64,000 bases of DNA. Origin: Chryseobacterium gleum (GTDB lineage Bacteria; Bacteroidota; Bacteroidia; Flavobacteriales_C; GCA-002722245). The stretch is taken from NCBI GenBank assembly GCA_945871895.1, contig CAMBXP010000001.1, positions 373-64,372 of the forward strand. The letters run 5' to 3'. Under the pieces are notes generated by a model. It saw only the letters and a program-made list of their open reading frames with translations. It was not told the DNA's origin and did not search any database. Within the stretch, counting starts at the first letter, position 1; every line of letters begins with the position of its first letter. A program made the translations under genes and the position numbers. Shown one piece after another: positions 9,889 to 20,695 of this stretch.

Positions 9889-11145
9889 ATGCTGAAGAAA
9901 ATTAAGGGTAAGTTTAAAAGTCAAGAAGGCAAAACCTTAGCGTCGAACTTTATTTCTCTTTCGGTATTAAAAGTTGTGGGATACATATTCCCAATGCTGG
10001 TATTGCCTTATTTAGCCAAGGTAATTGGCGTTGAAAAATTTGGTGAATTGGCCTTTGCTGCATCTGTAGTAGTCTTTTTTGAGACTCTAGTAGATTATGG
10101 ATTTAACTACACAGCAACGCGTGATGTATCAAAACACAAAGAAGATTTACATTTTGTTTCGAAGGTGTTTTCAACCGTAATGGTGGCTAGGTTTTTATTG
10201 CTTATTCTTAGTTTTATTTTATTGCTTATTTGCATATTTATTTTTCCCTCGTTTTATGAAAAAAAATGGTTGCTGATTTTAACCTTTACCTATGTGATTG
10301 GCTACTCTCTTTTTCCTGAATGGATTTTTCAGGCTTTAGAGAAGATGAAGTACATCACCATTATGAATATTGTATCGAAGGCTATTTTCACGGTATTGGT
10401 TTTTGTGGTGATTACCGAGAAGGAAGATTATATTTTTCAGCCTGTATTAACTGCTATTGGATTTTTCTTGAGTGGCATCATTTCTTTAATTGTATTGAGA
10501 AGAAGTTTTGGCGTAAGATTTATAATGCCTACCGTTAAAGATTTAAGGGAAACTATTGCTTCGAGCACGAATATGTTTATCAGTTTAATTTTGCCCAATT
10601 TATACACTAATTTTTCTATCGTTTATTTGCGAAAAATAGGGGGAGATGCAGCAACTGGTATTTATTCGGCAGGTAGTAAATTTATGGGATTGGCCGATCA
10701 GGTGATGCAAGTTTTGTCTCGTACTTTTTATCCATTTTTAGCAAGAAGAATGGATAAACATGATTTTTATATTAAGATTGGTTTGGTTTTTAGTTTGGTG
10801 GCTTCGGCTCTGCTTTTTGTGTTGGCCGTACCATTAATCGATTTGTTCTTTACCGATGAGTTTGAGCCCGCTGTGCAAGTGGTAAGAATCATGGCTATTA
10901 GTCCGTTCTTCTTATTTCTAATGAATACTTATGGTCCGAATTACTTGGTTTTAGTCGGACAAGAAAAACTGCTTAGAAACATCATTATATTTTGTTCTGT
11001 GTTTGGTTTAATTGCTACCCTCATTTTAACTTATTATTATGGTTATGTAGGAGTCGCTTTTACCATTACAGGTGTTTGGGGTGTGCGCGGCTCACTTACT
11101 TATTACTATGCAATGAAACATAAAAAACTTAAGGAAAATGGCTAA
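9889..11145 (+). CDS. wzx: Oligosaccharide flippase (Wzx/MOP superfamily)
   Basis: About 12 predicted TM helices and polysaccharide_biosyn-type sequence. It sits in a polysaccharide locus. Confidence 0.8.
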   Translation: MLKKIKGKFKSQEGKTLASNFISLSVLKVVGYIFPMLVLPYLAKVIGVEKFGELAFAASVVVFFETLVDYGFNYTATRDVSKHKEDLHFVSKVFSTVMVARFLLLILSFILLLICIFIFPSFYEKKWLLILTFTYVIGYSLFPEWIFQALEKMKYITIMNIVSKAIFTVLVFVVITEKEDYIFQPVLTAIGFFLSGIISLIVLRRSFGVRFIMPTVKDLRETIASSTNMFISLILPNLYTNFSIVYLRKIGGDAATGIYSAGSKFMGLADQVMQVLSRTFYPFLARRMDKHDFYIKIGLVFSLVASALLFVLAVPLIDLFFTDEFEPAVQVVRIMAISPFFLFLMNTYGPNYLVLVGQEKLLRNIIIFCSVFGLIATLILTYYYGYVGVAFTITGVWGVRGSLTYYYAMKHKKLKENG

Positions 11146-12262
11146 GCTGTTGGTTACCGGCGATTTTGTTGTAAGTAAGACTTATGCTATTGATGCCAAT
11201 AGCACGGTAAAGGCTTTATTTGAGCAAAGTGATTTGAATGTGGTGAATTTAGAATCTCCTGTTACTTTCGCTATTGAGACAGATAAAATTGTAAAAACGG
11301 GTCCGCATTTGAAAGCCAATGCCAAAGCTACTAAAAAAGCATTACATGATTTAAAAATTGGTTTGGCTACGTTGGCCAACAATCATATTTTAGATTATGG
11401 TAGCAAGGGTGTAACAGATACGCTTCAATTTTGTAAAGAAAATGCTGTAGAGACAGTGGGTGCAAATTTGAATTTACAAGAGGCGCAGCAAACTTATTAT
11501 ACCACTATTGACAATCATACTATTGCGATCGTCAATTTTGCTGAGAATGAATGGTCGAGCGCTGGCGTTGACTCTGCGGGAGCAAATCCAATGGATTTGG
11601 TAGACAATACACGTCAGATTATTGAAGCTAAAAAGAAGGCAAAGTTTGTTTTTGTGATTGTGCATGGCGGACACGAATATCACAATTTGCCCAGTTTAAG
11701 AATGAAGAAGCAATATCGTTTTTATGTTGATCATGGTGCCGATTTGGTAATTGGTCATCATACGCATTGTGTAAGCGGTTGGGAGAAATGCAATGGAGGG
11801 TCTATTTTTTATAGCTTAGGAAATTTTTTATTTACCAAACCTAGTGTGTTTAGTGATTGGTATTTCGGACTCATACTTTCCATTCTTATTGATGAGAATG
11901 GTAAGCTGCAAACAGAATTGATTCCTTGTAAACAATTGAAAGAATCCTTTGAATTGCAATTGTTGGAAGGAGATGAAAAACAACAATTAGAAAAGAAAAT
12001 AGGCGAATTGAATACTATTATTCACGATGATACATTGCTGGCAAAAAGCTGGAAAGAGTATGTGAATAAATCGGCTGCCGACTATTTGAATTTATGGTCG
12101 CCGCTGTCTTCTATACGCAACAAATATGTAAGGGCGGCATTAAGAAAATTAGGCATCAATTTTTTAAATAAGAAAATAGTAGCATTATATGTAAATTTGA
12201 TGCGTTGTGAGGCGCATGCCGATTTATCGAAAGAAGCTTTAGCCCAATATTTAAAGAAATGA
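11138..12262 (+). CDS. CapA/PgsA-family metallophosphatase-fold protein
   Basis: LANNHILDYG, VIVHGGHEYH and GHHTH motifs of the PGA_cap family. Confidence 0.75.
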   Translation: MAKLLVTGDFVVSKTYAIDANSTVKALFEQSDLNVVNLESPVTFAIETDKIVKTGPHLKANAKATKKALHDLKIGLATLANNHILDYGSKGVTDTLQFCKENAVETVGANLNLQEAQQTYYTTIDNHTIAIVNFAENEWSSAGVDSAGANPMDLVDNTRQIIEAKKKAKFVFVIVHGGHEYHNLPSLRMKKQYRFYVDHGADLVIGHHTHCVSGWEKCNGGSIFYSLGNFLFTKPSVFSDWYFGLILSILIDENGKLQTELIPCKQLKESFELQLLEGDEKQQLEKKIGELNTIIHDDTLLAKSWKEYVNKSAADYLNLWSPLSSIRNKYVRAALRKLGINFLNKKIVALYVNLMRCEAHADLSKEALAQYLKK

Positions 12263-13272
12263 AAATAGCCATTCACCATACTAAAGGGAGTTTTTCTGAG
12301 CGTTGGATTAAATACTGCGATGAACAGAATATTGCTTATCAATTGGTGAATTGTTTTGATTCAAATATTGTTCAACACCTGCATGATTGTGATGCATTGA
12401 TGTGGCATTATTTGCACGATTCTTTTAGTGATGGTTTAGTTGCTCAACCTTTGTTGTTTTCATTGCAAGTTTCAGGTAAAAAAGTATTTCCCAATTTCAA
12501 TACAGCGTGGCATTTTGATGATAAAATTGCACAGAAATATTTATTCGAAAGTTTAAATATTCCTTACATCAATACTTATGTTTTTTACAATAAAGATGAA
12601 GCTTTGAAGTGGTTTGAAAAAACTACTTACCCAAAGGTTTTTAAGCTGCGAGGTGGAGCGGGTTCGTCAAATGTGAAGTTGATTCGCAATGAAAATCAGG
12701 CAAAAAAAATTGTAAATAAAGCATTTGGCAAAGGTTTCAAAGCTTTTGATGGTCGTGATTATTTTAAAGATACCTTTAAGAAGTACCGCATTGGTAAAGA
12801 AAGTAAAATCAACTTACTGAAAGCCTTTGCACATATTTTCATTACCACAGCTTTCGGCAAAATGAAGGCCAATGAGAAGGGCTATGTTTACATACAAGAT
12901 TTTTTGCCCAACAATGATAGCGATATTAGAATTGTGGTTATTGGCGATAAAGCTTATGGAATTAAACGCTTGGTGAGAGAGAATGATTTTAGGGCTTCGG
13001 GCAGTGGTAAAATTTTGTATGCGGCTGAGAATATTCCTCTGCCACTTATAAAAATTGCTTTTGATGCTGCAGAAAAATTGAAATCTCAATGCGCAGCTTT
13101 CGATTTTATATACAATGAGCAAGGTGTTCCTTTAATCGTTGAAGTGAGTTATGGCTTCTCTATCAGAGGATACGACACTTGTGTGGGTCACTGGGATAAG
13201 CAATTGAATTTTTACCCTGGACTCTTCAATCCTTATGGATGGATGGTAGAAAATTTGATCCATCAAAAGTAA
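12259..13272 (+). CDS. ATP-grasp domain protein (putative amide ligase)
   Basis: KVFKLRGGAGSSNVKLI and DFRASGSG...VEVSYGF segments resemble the RimK-like ATP-grasp core. Confidence 0.5.
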   Translation: MKIAIHHTKGSFSERWIKYCDEQNIAYQLVNCFDSNIVQHLHDCDALMWHYLHDSFSDGLVAQPLLFSLQVSGKKVFPNFNTAWHFDDKIAQKYLFESLNIPYINTYVFYNKDEALKWFEKTTYPKVFKLRGGAGSSNVKLIRNENQAKKIVNKAFGKGFKAFDGRDYFKDTFKKYRIGKESKINLLKAFAHIFITTAFGKMKANEKGYVYIQDFLPNNDSDIRIVVIGDKAYGIKRLVRENDFRASGSGKILYAAENIPLPLIKIAFDAAEKLKSQCAAFDFIYNEQGVPLIVEVSYGFSIRGYDTCVGHWDKQLNFYPGLFNPYGWMVENLIHQK

Positions 13273-13275
13273 GCT

Positions 13276-14445
13276 ATGCGCGGTAATCTAGATAAATATG
13301 TGGTCTTCGTTTTGAGTCCGTTTTTATCGTTACCTCTCATCTTGTGGGATACTCTTAATAAATCAAAAGGCTCTCTTGTTTTACTAACCATTTTGTTGAG
13401 TTTGTTGAGCTATTTGTATGTTCCGGGTGAAGATGACGATAAGTTTTATTATATCAATTTGTACAGTCAGTTTCGAGCCTATTCTTTAGCTCAGTTTTTG
13501 GGCTTTATCTTTTTGGGAGCAACCGATTTTCTCTTTTATTTTTTCATTTATTTATTTGCTCAAGCCGGCCTACCAATTGGTTTGCTTTTTTTTAGCATGA
13601 CCTTTATAACAGTAGGGATCGCTATTTATATTTTCGATAAAATATTATCAAGGTATGAAATGAGTGGCAAAAGGTATTTGCTATTTTTATCGGTTTTTTT
13701 ATTGTCGTATAGCCTTGTGAATTTACTGTCGGGTATTCGTTTTTATTTTGCTTCTTCTTTTCTTCTCTTAGGCTTTTATAGTGGTGTTTTCAAGGAAAGA
13801 AAAGCAATAAGTTTTTTGTATTTCATCATTGCGGCAGCCACTCACTTTAGTACACTTTTTTACCTTCCGTTTTATATACTTTTTTTAATTTTTGGAAAGG
13901 CGAAATCGGTTTTGAGGGTGCTGTTCTTTGTGTCTTTTATTTTCATTTTTATTCCCGGTAATTTTCTAATCATGTCTCTAGATTCTGTGGGTGTTGGGGG
14001 TATTTACAAAGCTAAAGCCCAAAATTATTTGGGTGAAGAAAAAGACGACATGACAGAGAAAAGTATCAAAACAGGAAACGCCAACAATACTATAAAAATG
14101 GTCATCGATAATATTTGGCTGCTTGTGGCCTATGTTTTCTTGTATTTCAAGAAAGATGATGGGAGTCCGTTTAAAATGATGCTGCTTGTTGTGCTCGCGC
14201 TCAACCATTTGTTCTTTTTGGCGCCCGATGCCTTTTTTCGATACTCCATCATTTCTAAGTTGTTTCTTTTGATGATGCTCGTTTCAGTAGAATGGAAGGT
14301 GAAGACACCTAAGTACACCTATGTCTTTCTTCTTCTATTTGGGATGAGTTTTCTTTTCAATTTAATTGCTTTGCGTTCGCGTTTGATAGATAGTTTTTCC
14401 GATCCAAGATCGTACAGTTTGGTTACACTATTTTTAGAAGAATGA
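13276..14445 (+). CDS. EpsG/Wzy-like polytopic membrane protein (candidate O-antigen polymerase)
   Basis: About 10 hydrophobic helices rich in Phe/Leu. It lies between a wzx/capA segment and glycosyltransferases. Confidence 0.55.
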   Translation: MRGNLDKYVVFVLSPFLSLPLILWDTLNKSKGSLVLLTILLSLLSYLYVPGEDDDKFYYINLYSQFRAYSLAQFLGFIFLGATDFLFYFFIYLFAQAGLPIGLLFFSMTFITVGIAIYIFDKILSRYEMSGKRYLLFLSVFLLSYSLVNLLSGIRFYFASSFLLLGFYSGVFKERKAISFLYFIIAAATHFSTLFYLPFYILFLIFGKAKSVLRVLFFVSFIFIFIPGNFLIMSLDSVGVGGIYKAKAQNYLGEEKDDMTEKSIKTGNANNTIKMVIDNIWLLVAYVFLYFKKDDGSPFKMMLLVVLALNHLFFLAPDAFFRYSIISKLFLLMMLVSVEWKVKTPKYTYVFLLLFGMSFLFNLIALRSRLIDSFSDPRSYSLVTLFLEE

Positions 14446-15500
14446 AAATACTTTTAGTTATACCATCGCTTCCATTGGGAGGAGCCGAAAGAGTGATGTC
14501 GGTTTTGGCAAATAAATTCGTTGCACTAAATCACGATGTTCATTTGGTTTTGTTGGCAAAAGATGAAATATTCTATAGTCTCGATAAAAGAATAGTAGTT
14601 CACCAGTTAGGCTTTGAAAACAAAGGAAAGCTTTCTAAAATTATTTCTGAAGTAAAAACCTATTTCCGACTGCGTAAATTAATTAAGAATGAGAACCCCG
14701 ATGTGGTATTGAGCTTCATGGTGAAGTACAATATTTTTACCATTATGGCTGCTGCGTTTTTAAAAACAAAAGTATTTGTTTCCGATAGATGCAACCCCAA
14801 CAAAAAAATTCCGTGGTTGAGAGATACCTTGCGCGATAGATTGTACAGAAGTGCTACAGGAGTGATAGCTCAAACACAATTGGCCAAATCGGTTTTAAGT
14901 GAATCTACAAAGCATCAAAACATAAAGGTGATTCATAATCCGTTAAAACAAATGGAGATCAAACCTTATGTGAATCGCGAAAAAATTATTTTGAATGTAG
15001 GTCGTTTGGCTCCCGAAAAAGGGCAATTAAAATTAATCGAGGAGTTTTGTAAAATTGAGCAAACAGGTTGGAAATTGATGATTTTAGGTGATGGTCCGTT
15101 ATATGCCGATTTGCAAGCAAGAATTAAAGAGTTAAATGCTCAATCGAAAGTGATTTTAGAAGGAGCAGTAAGCGATGTAGAAAGTTATTTGCAAAGAGCT
15201 TCTTTGTTTGTTTTTTCGTCTTTTTCAGAAGGATTTCCTAACGCTTTGGCTGAGGCAATGTGCAGTGGATTGCCTTGTATAAGTTTTGATTGTGAGGCTG
15301 GACCCAATGAGATTATTACCAATGGCGAGAATGGGATTTTAGTACCTGTAGGTGATTTTGAAACTTTGCGCAAAGAGTTAGAAGGCTTAATCCATAGTTC
15401 AGAAGATAGAGAACGTTTAGCTGTCGCTGCTTTAAAAACCAATGAGGATTTGGCTATCGATAAAATAACCCAAGAATATTTATCATTCTTTAAGTCCTAA
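14442..15500 (+). CDS. Glycosyltransferase family 4 (GT-B)
   Basis: EGFPNALAEAMCSGLPCIS is the E-x7-E motif region of GT4. Confidence 0.8.
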   Translation: MKILLVIPSLPLGGAERVMSVLANKFVALNHDVHLVLLAKDEIFYSLDKRIVVHQLGFENKGKLSKIISEVKTYFRLRKLIKNENPDVVLSFMVKYNIFTIMAAAFLKTKVFVSDRCNPNKKIPWLRDTLRDRLYRSATGVIAQTQLAKSVLSESTKHQNIKVIHNPLKQMEIKPYVNREKIILNVGRLAPEKGQLKLIEEFCKIEQTGWKLMILGDGPLYADLQARIKELNAQSKVILEGAVSDVESYLQRASLFVFSSFSEGFPNALAEAMCSGLPCISFDCEAGPNEIITNGENGILVPVGDFETLRKELEGLIHSSEDRERLAVAALKTNEDLAIDKITQEYLSFFKS

Positions 15501-15503
15501 AAC

Positions 15504-16466
15504 ATGAGTGCAATAAAATCAAGAATCAATGAAATGGATGCCCTTAGAGGTATTGCAGCCATTTTGGTCATCTTGTTTCATTACACTTTTAAGTTTTCAG
15601 AGGTATTCAAATTCAACGGATTTTCTTATCATTTTTCTTTCGGTCATTACGGCGTAGAATTGTTTTTTGTGATTAGCGGCTTTGTGATTTTTATGACGGT
15701 AGAGAAAGTGTCGTCACCGTTAGAATTTGTAAAGAAAAGATGGATTCGTTTGTACCCTACATTTTTGATTTGTATGCTGCTAACTTTTACTGTTATTTCT
15801 TTGATGCATTACGAACAATTGAAGGTGACTTGGTTTGAGTTTTTGGTTAATTTCTCTATGGTGCCTAGTTTGATAGATGTGGATGCGGTAGATGGGGTGT
15901 ATTGGACCCTCAAAGTTGAAGTGCTCTTTTATGCCTTTATTTTCTTCCTTTTGTTTACTAAGCAAATTCAACGCTATCGATTGATTGGAATAGCTTTTCT
16001 TGCCCTAACCACGCTCATTTCTATAGTGTACAAATTTCATCCTTATTTGTATGATGGCACCTTGTTTTTAATGGGTGTAATGTTTTACAATATTTGGAAA
16101 GGAAAGGCTTCTAAAACCGAGCATCTATTGGCTGTTTATGCTGCTTTGTTACCGGGTATTTTTCAAAATTACGAATTGCTTACCGTGAACCTTATTTTGG
16201 TGGGTATTTTTTATCTTTTGGTGTATGGTAAACTTAAGTTTTTAGAGGTTAAACCACTTATTTTTTTAGGCGAGATTTCTTACGCACTTTATTTGGTGCA
16301 TCAAAAAATAGGTTACATCATTCAGCTCCAAATGGTAGAGCATCAATTCACCAATCAGGTTCTGCTGGTTTTAGTTCCTTTTGCAATGGCTGTTTTGTTG
16401 GCTACAATCATCACTTTTTATGTAGAAAAGCCTATCAGCAAGAAACTCCGTGACGCACTTAAGTGA
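15504..16466 (+). CDS. Acyltransferase-3 family membrane O-acyltransferase
   Basis: N-terminal RGIAAILVILFHY motif and 10 TM helices, as in OafA/WecH-like proteins. Confidence 0.75.
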   Translation: MSAIKSRINEMDALRGIAAILVILFHYTFKFSEVFKFNGFSYHFSFGHYGVELFFVISGFVIFMTVEKVSSPLEFVKKRWIRLYPTFLICMLLTFTVISLMHYEQLKVTWFEFLVNFSMVPSLIDVDAVDGVYWTLKVEVLFYAFIFFLLFTKQIQRYRLIGIAFLALTTLISIVYKFHPYLYDGTLFLMGVMFYNIWKGKASKTEHLLAVYAALLPGIFQNYELLTVNLILVGIFYLLVYGKLKFLEVKPLIFLGEISYALYLVHQKIGYIIQLQMVEHQFTNQVLLVLVPFAMAVLLATIITFYVEKPISKKLRDALK

Positions 16467-16535
16467 GCCCTCTTTTTTTACATTGATTATTAGACTATAA
16501 TTCACTATTTTCGCGCACGAACAATCGTTAGTGAG

Positions 16536-17666
16536 ATGAGAATTTTGGTGAATATGTCGACCCTTAAAAAAGGTGGCGGACAAAACGTAGGATTGAACTT
16601 TATTCATTGTATTTCAAAAGTGAAGTACAGCGATAAGGTGTTTTTCTATGCGGTTGTTCAAGATTCTGAAATTCATAAAGCACTGTTAGCATTGAATGAA
16701 AAGAATATTGTTCTAATGCCCGCGAATCCACTTAAAAAATTGTGGAGAGAATTAACGCAAGGGAGATCCATTGTGAAAGAAAATTCCATCGATATTATTT
16801 ATTCTTATTTCGGTTACGGCTTGTACCCTAAATCTTGTTTGCAAGTAAGTGGTTCTGCCGATTCTAATTTGTTCTTTCCCGAGATTGATTTTTGGCAACA
16901 TTACAGCGGACTCCAATTAATGGCCAAAAAGGCTATTGATTCTTTTCGAATTTGGGGTGTGAAACGTGCAACAGCTGTTATATTTGAAAATGCAGCCATG
17001 CAAAAAAGAGGTGTTGAGCTGTTTGGTTTAAAAAATACAACTTTCATAAAGCCATCTTTTTCCTTGGTAGAGAGTGATGCTCAATGGAACCTTCCGCATG
17101 CGGCTAAGAATAAGAAAGTCGGACTCTTTTTCTGCGGATGGCAGCTAAACAAAAATTATGAGCTAATTCCTCATTTGGCAGCAGAATTGAAACAAAGAAA
17201 AATTGATTTTCATTTTGTGATTACAGCTCCAGCAGATAATTCCATAGAACATGAAGCCTTTGTTCAGTCGCTTAGAAGTTTGAATGTTGAGAGTATGGTT
17301 TCGATAGTGGGCGCTATCAAAAAAGCCGAAATACCTAGCTTGTATCGCCAAATTGATTTTGTTTTTTTATTGAGTAATTTAGAAAGCTTTAGCAACAATA
17401 TTATTGAAGCATGGCAATTTGCTAAACCTTTGATGATAGCCAATGCCGAATGGTCGAAAGCTATTTGTAACGATGGTGCTTGTTATGTCGAACGAGTTGA
17501 TAAAACGAGTATTGCTAGCGCTTTGCAAGAATTAATTGAAAATGAAGCAAGCTATAGTGCCTTGGTGCAAAAAGGAAGAACTCAGCTGAGTGCGTATCCA
17601 AGTATTGAAGAAAGAACACAACAAGAAATAGATTACATTGAAAAAATATATCATGAGAATCGTTAA
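16536..17666 (+). CDS. Glycosyltransferase family 4 (GT-B)
   Basis: GT-B C-terminal domain pattern. It sits in the locus and overlaps the next gene. Confidence 0.7.
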   Translation: MRILVNMSTLKKGGGQNVGLNFIHCISKVKYSDKVFFYAVVQDSEIHKALLALNEKNIVLMPANPLKKLWRELTQGRSIVKENSIDIIYSYFGYGLYPKSCLQVSGSADSNLFFPEIDFWQHYSGLQLMAKKAIDSFRIWGVKRATAVIFENAAMQKRGVELFGLKNTTFIKPSFSLVESDAQWNLPHAAKNKKVGLFFCGWQLNKNYELIPHLAAELKQRKIDFHFVITAPADNSIEHEAFVQSLRSLNVESMVSIVGAIKKAEIPSLYRQIDFVFLLSNLESFSNNIIEAWQFAKPLMIANAEWSKAICNDGACYVERVDKTSIASALQELIENEASYSALVQKGRTQLSAYPSIEERTQQEIDYIEKIYHENR

Positions 17667-18186
17667 AAGTTTTTTCGTTATATCCTTTGAACTGCTCATG
17701 AATGTGCTGTTTGCTTTGCCGCGTTACCGATTTTTCATTTTTTTCAAAAAAACTTTGCTGCAAATCATGGGGGCAAAGGTGGGAAAGAAGGTTTGCATTT
17801 ATCCAGGTGTTTGGATTACGCCTGGCAGAAACTTGGTGATAGAAGACGAGGTAGATTTAGCCAAAGATGTTTTAATTACCACTTCTGGTGGTGTGTTTAT
17901 TGGCAAAAGAACATTGGTAGGTTATCGCACACAAATTCTTTCGTCGAATCATACCATTCCGACTGTAGGAGAAGCTTTTCCCATTTCGGGAGATAAACAT
18001 ACACCCATTCACATTGCCAATGATGTGTGGATTGGCGCAAATTGCGTGATTACAGCTGGAGTGACCATTGGAGAAGGCGCGGTGATTGCTGCCGGTAGTG
18101 TGGTGACCAAAGATGTGCCCGAAAATGCTATTGTAGGTGGAGTGCCTGCCAAATTAATAAGATATAGAGAAAACAGTAAAATATGA
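17638..18186 (+). CDS. Left-handed beta-helix (hexapeptide) acetyltransferase, WcaF/LacA-like
   Basis: Repeated [LIV]G-x4 hexapeptides ([30 protein letters not shown]). Confidence 0.8.
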   Translation: MKKYIMRIVKSFFVISFELLMNVLFALPRYRFFIFFKKTLLQIMGAKVGKKVCIYPGVWITPGRNLVIEDEVDLAKDVLITTSGGVFIGKRTLVGYRTQILSSNHTIPTVGEAFPISGDKHTPIHIANDVWIGANCVITAGVTIGEGAVIAAGSVVTKDVPENAIVGGVPAKLIRYRENSKI

Positions 18187-19322
18187 CAGCAAGAGCGTAT
18201 CAAATTTGTTCCAATTGTGCGATGGACACCACCGATAGTCAGATAGTATTTGATGACAAAGGGGTGTGCGATCATTGCAATACTTTTTACAATGTAATTC
18301 AACCCAACTGGCATACCAACGACAAAGGTGAACAAGCTATTCAAGCTGTTGCCGCAAAGATTAAGAAAGAAGGAGAAGGAAAAGATTTCGATTGTATCAT
18401 TGGTATGAGCGGTGGTATCGACAGCTCTTATTTGGTTTATTTGGCAAAAGAGAAGTTGGGTTTGCGTCCCTTGGTTTTTCACGTTGATGCAGGTTGGAAT
18501 TCGCAAGAAGCAGTAAACAATATTGAAAGAATTATTGAAAAATTAGGCTTGGATTTGTACACTGAGGTGATTGATTGGGAGGAGATGAAAGATTTGCAAC
18601 TGGCATACTTTAAGGCGGGTGTTTCTAACATCGATACGCCTCAAGATCATGCGTTTTTTGCTACCATGTACAAGTTCGCCAACAAGTATAAAGTGAAGCA
18701 TATCTTAACGGGAGGAAATTATTCTACCGAGTGTGTTCGCAATCCTTTAGAGTGGATGTATTATCAGTCGGATTCAATACAATTGAAAGATATTTACAAG
18801 CAATACGGTACAGGTAAACTAAACAATTTTCCTATCACCAATATCTTGTGGCACAAGGTGTATCTGCCCTACATCAAAGGGATAAAATTAATTCGTCCGC
18901 TCGACTATATGTTGTACGATAAAGAGGCAGCAACTCAGTTTTTGGTAGACAATTATGGCTATCAGCGTTATCCTCAAAAACATTTCGAATCGCGTTTCAC
19001 CAAATTTTACGAAGGTTATTGGTTACCCAAAAAATTCGGTTACGATACCAGAAAGGTGCAATATTCAAGTTTGATTTTAACCAAGCAAATGACTCGTGAT
19101 GAAGCTTTAGAAAAGTTAAAAACATTGCCTTACAACGAAGCAACCATCAAAGATGAGTTTGAATATATTGCCACTAAATTGGGTATTTCTGTAGCCGAAT
19201 TGGAAGGTTATTTAAATGCCCCTAACCGCTCAAACAGCGAGTTTAAATCACAACAATCTATGTACAGTATTGGTGCAAAAGTAATGCGTATGTTGGGCTT
19301 AGAAAAAGGAGGGAAAAGATGA
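18183..19322 (+). CDS. N-acetyl sugar amidotransferase (WbpG/LPS-biosynthesis PP-loop family)
   Basis: N-terminal Cys-rich CSNC...CDHC segment and the SGGIDSS PP-loop. It is followed directly by hisH- and hisF-like genes, as in the P. aeruginosa wbpG-hisH2-hisF2 set. Confidence 0.8.
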   Translation: MTARAYQICSNCAMDTTDSQIVFDDKGVCDHCNTFYNVIQPNWHTNDKGEQAIQAVAAKIKKEGEGKDFDCIIGMSGGIDSSYLVYLAKEKLGLRPLVFHVDAGWNSQEAVNNIERIIEKLGLDLYTEVIDWEEMKDLQLAYFKAGVSNIDTPQDHAFFATMYKFANKYKVKHILTGGNYSTECVRNPLEWMYYQSDSIQLKDIYKQYGTGKLNNFPITNILWHKVYLPYIKGIKLIRPLDYMLYDKEAATQFLVDNYGYQRYPQKHFESRFTKFYEGYWLPKKFGYDTRKVQYSSLILTKQMTRDEALEKLKTLPYNEATIKDEFEYIATKLGISVAELEGYLNAPNRSNSEFKSQQSMYSIGAKVMRMLGLEKGGKR

Positions 19323-19933
19323 TCGCTATAGTGAACTATGGTTCTGGTAATATTGAGGCTTTTGCCAATATTTATAAGCGCTTGAATATTCCTCATTTTG
19401 TGGCTACTACAGCAGGCGATTTTGCCAATGCCACTAAATTGATTTTACCCGGAGTTGGTGCCTTTGATGAGACCATGCGTATATTGAATAATTCGGGAAT
19501 TGTTGAGGTATTGAATGATTTGGTTTTGGTAAAAAAAATGCCTGTATTGGGTATTTGTGTGGGTATGCAAATATTGGCGAATTCATCAGAAGAGGGACAA
19601 TTAAAAGGTTTGGGATGGATTGATGCCGAAGTTAAAAAGTTCGACACTTCCTTGCTTAAAACAAAACCACATTTGCCGCACATGGGATGGAACAATTATG
19701 AAGTGGTGAACAACAATATTTTGTTCGAAAATACTATTCCCGATAAGGGATTTTACTTCTTGCATTCTTACTACTTCCGCTGTAACAATAACGCTAATAT
19801 TATCTCTACTGCAGAGTACGGCGCTAAATACACCTGTGCAGTAAATTCAGGAAATATTTATGGCGTTCAATTTCATCCTGAAAAGAGTCACCACAACGGA
19901 ATTCAATTGTTAAAGAACTTTGCTAATTTGTAA
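19319..19933 (+). CDS. Imidazole glycerol phosphate synthase HisH-like glutamine amidotransferase (O-antigen paralogue)
   Basis: Class I GATase pattern: GICVGMQ with the catalytic Cys, and C-terminal HPE. Confidence 0.85.
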   Translation: MIAIVNYGSGNIEAFANIYKRLNIPHFVATTAGDFANATKLILPGVGAFDETMRILNNSGIVEVLNDLVLVKKMPVLGICVGMQILANSSEEGQLKGLGWIDAEVKKFDTSLLKTKPHLPHMGWNNYEVVNNNILFENTIPDKGFYFLHSYYFRCNNNANIISTAEYGAKYTCAVNSGNIYGVQFHPEKSHHNGIQLLKNFANL

Positions 19934-19936
19934 GTT

Positions 19937-20695
19937 ATGTTGCGCTCTAGAATAATTCCTAGTTTATTGGTTCACAAAAAAGGCTTGGTGAAAACCGTAA
20001 ATTTTAAAGACCCCAAATATGTGGGTGACCCAATCAATGCGGTTAAAATTTTCAATGAAAAGGAAGTAGATGAGTTGATTGTGTTAGATATTGATGCTAC
20101 CGTAAACAAGAAAGAGCCCGACTTCGAAATGATTAAAAATTTGGCAGCTGAATGCAGAATGCCCTTTTGTTATGGTGGCGGTGTTACTTCGGTAGAACAC
20201 GCCAAAAAAATTATTAAACTGGGTGCAGAAAAAGTGGCTTTAAGTGCCGCGGCTATTGCTAATCCTGAGTTGGTGACCAAGATATCTGAAGAGATAGGTG
20301 CGCAAAGTGTAGTGGTGGTTTTAGATGTAAAGAAGAAAGGTTTGTTTGGGAAATACGAGGTGTTTACGCACAACGGAACCAAAGCTACAGGAAAATCTCC
20401 GTTTGAATTGGCCGAAGATTTTGAGCGCCGAGGAGTTGGTGAAATTGTATTGAACAATATTGATACTGAAGGCACTATGAAAGGCTTCGATTTTAAATTG
20501 ATTGATGGTGTGCGCGAGATCATTTCAAAGCCTATGACGGTGTTGGGTGGCGCAGGAGATGCAGAGGATATTAAAAAGGTAATTGATAAATATAAAATCA
20601 TTGGTGTGGCTGCAGGAAGCCTTTTTGTTTTTAAAGGAAAATACCGTGCGGTGCTCATTAATTACACGCCTTACAATTCTTTGTTTAATTTATAA
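19937..20695 (+). CDS. HisF-like cyclase subunit (O-antigen paralogue)
   Basis: TIM-barrel HisA/HisF pattern (VLDID, GGGV, VLNNIDTEGT, GGAG). Confidence 0.85.
   Translation: MLRSRIIPSLLVHKKGLVKTVNFKDPKYVGDPINAVKIFNEKEVDELIVLDIDATVNKKEPDFEMIKNLAAECRMPFCYGGGVTSVEHAKKIIKLGAEKVALSAAAIANPELVTKISEEIGAQSVVVVLDVKKKGLFGKYEVFTHNGTKATGKSPFELAEDFERRGVGEIVLNNIDTEGTMKGFDFKLIDGVREIISKPMTVLGGAGDAEDIKKVIDKYKIIGVAAGSLFVFKGKYRAVLINYTPYNSLFNL

Noticed and set aside
10320-10538. 72-aa His/Cys-rich ORF within wzx
   Set aside because: It is an out-of-frame overlap of the flippase gene. Cys/His richness comes from reading TM-helix codons in the +1 frame.
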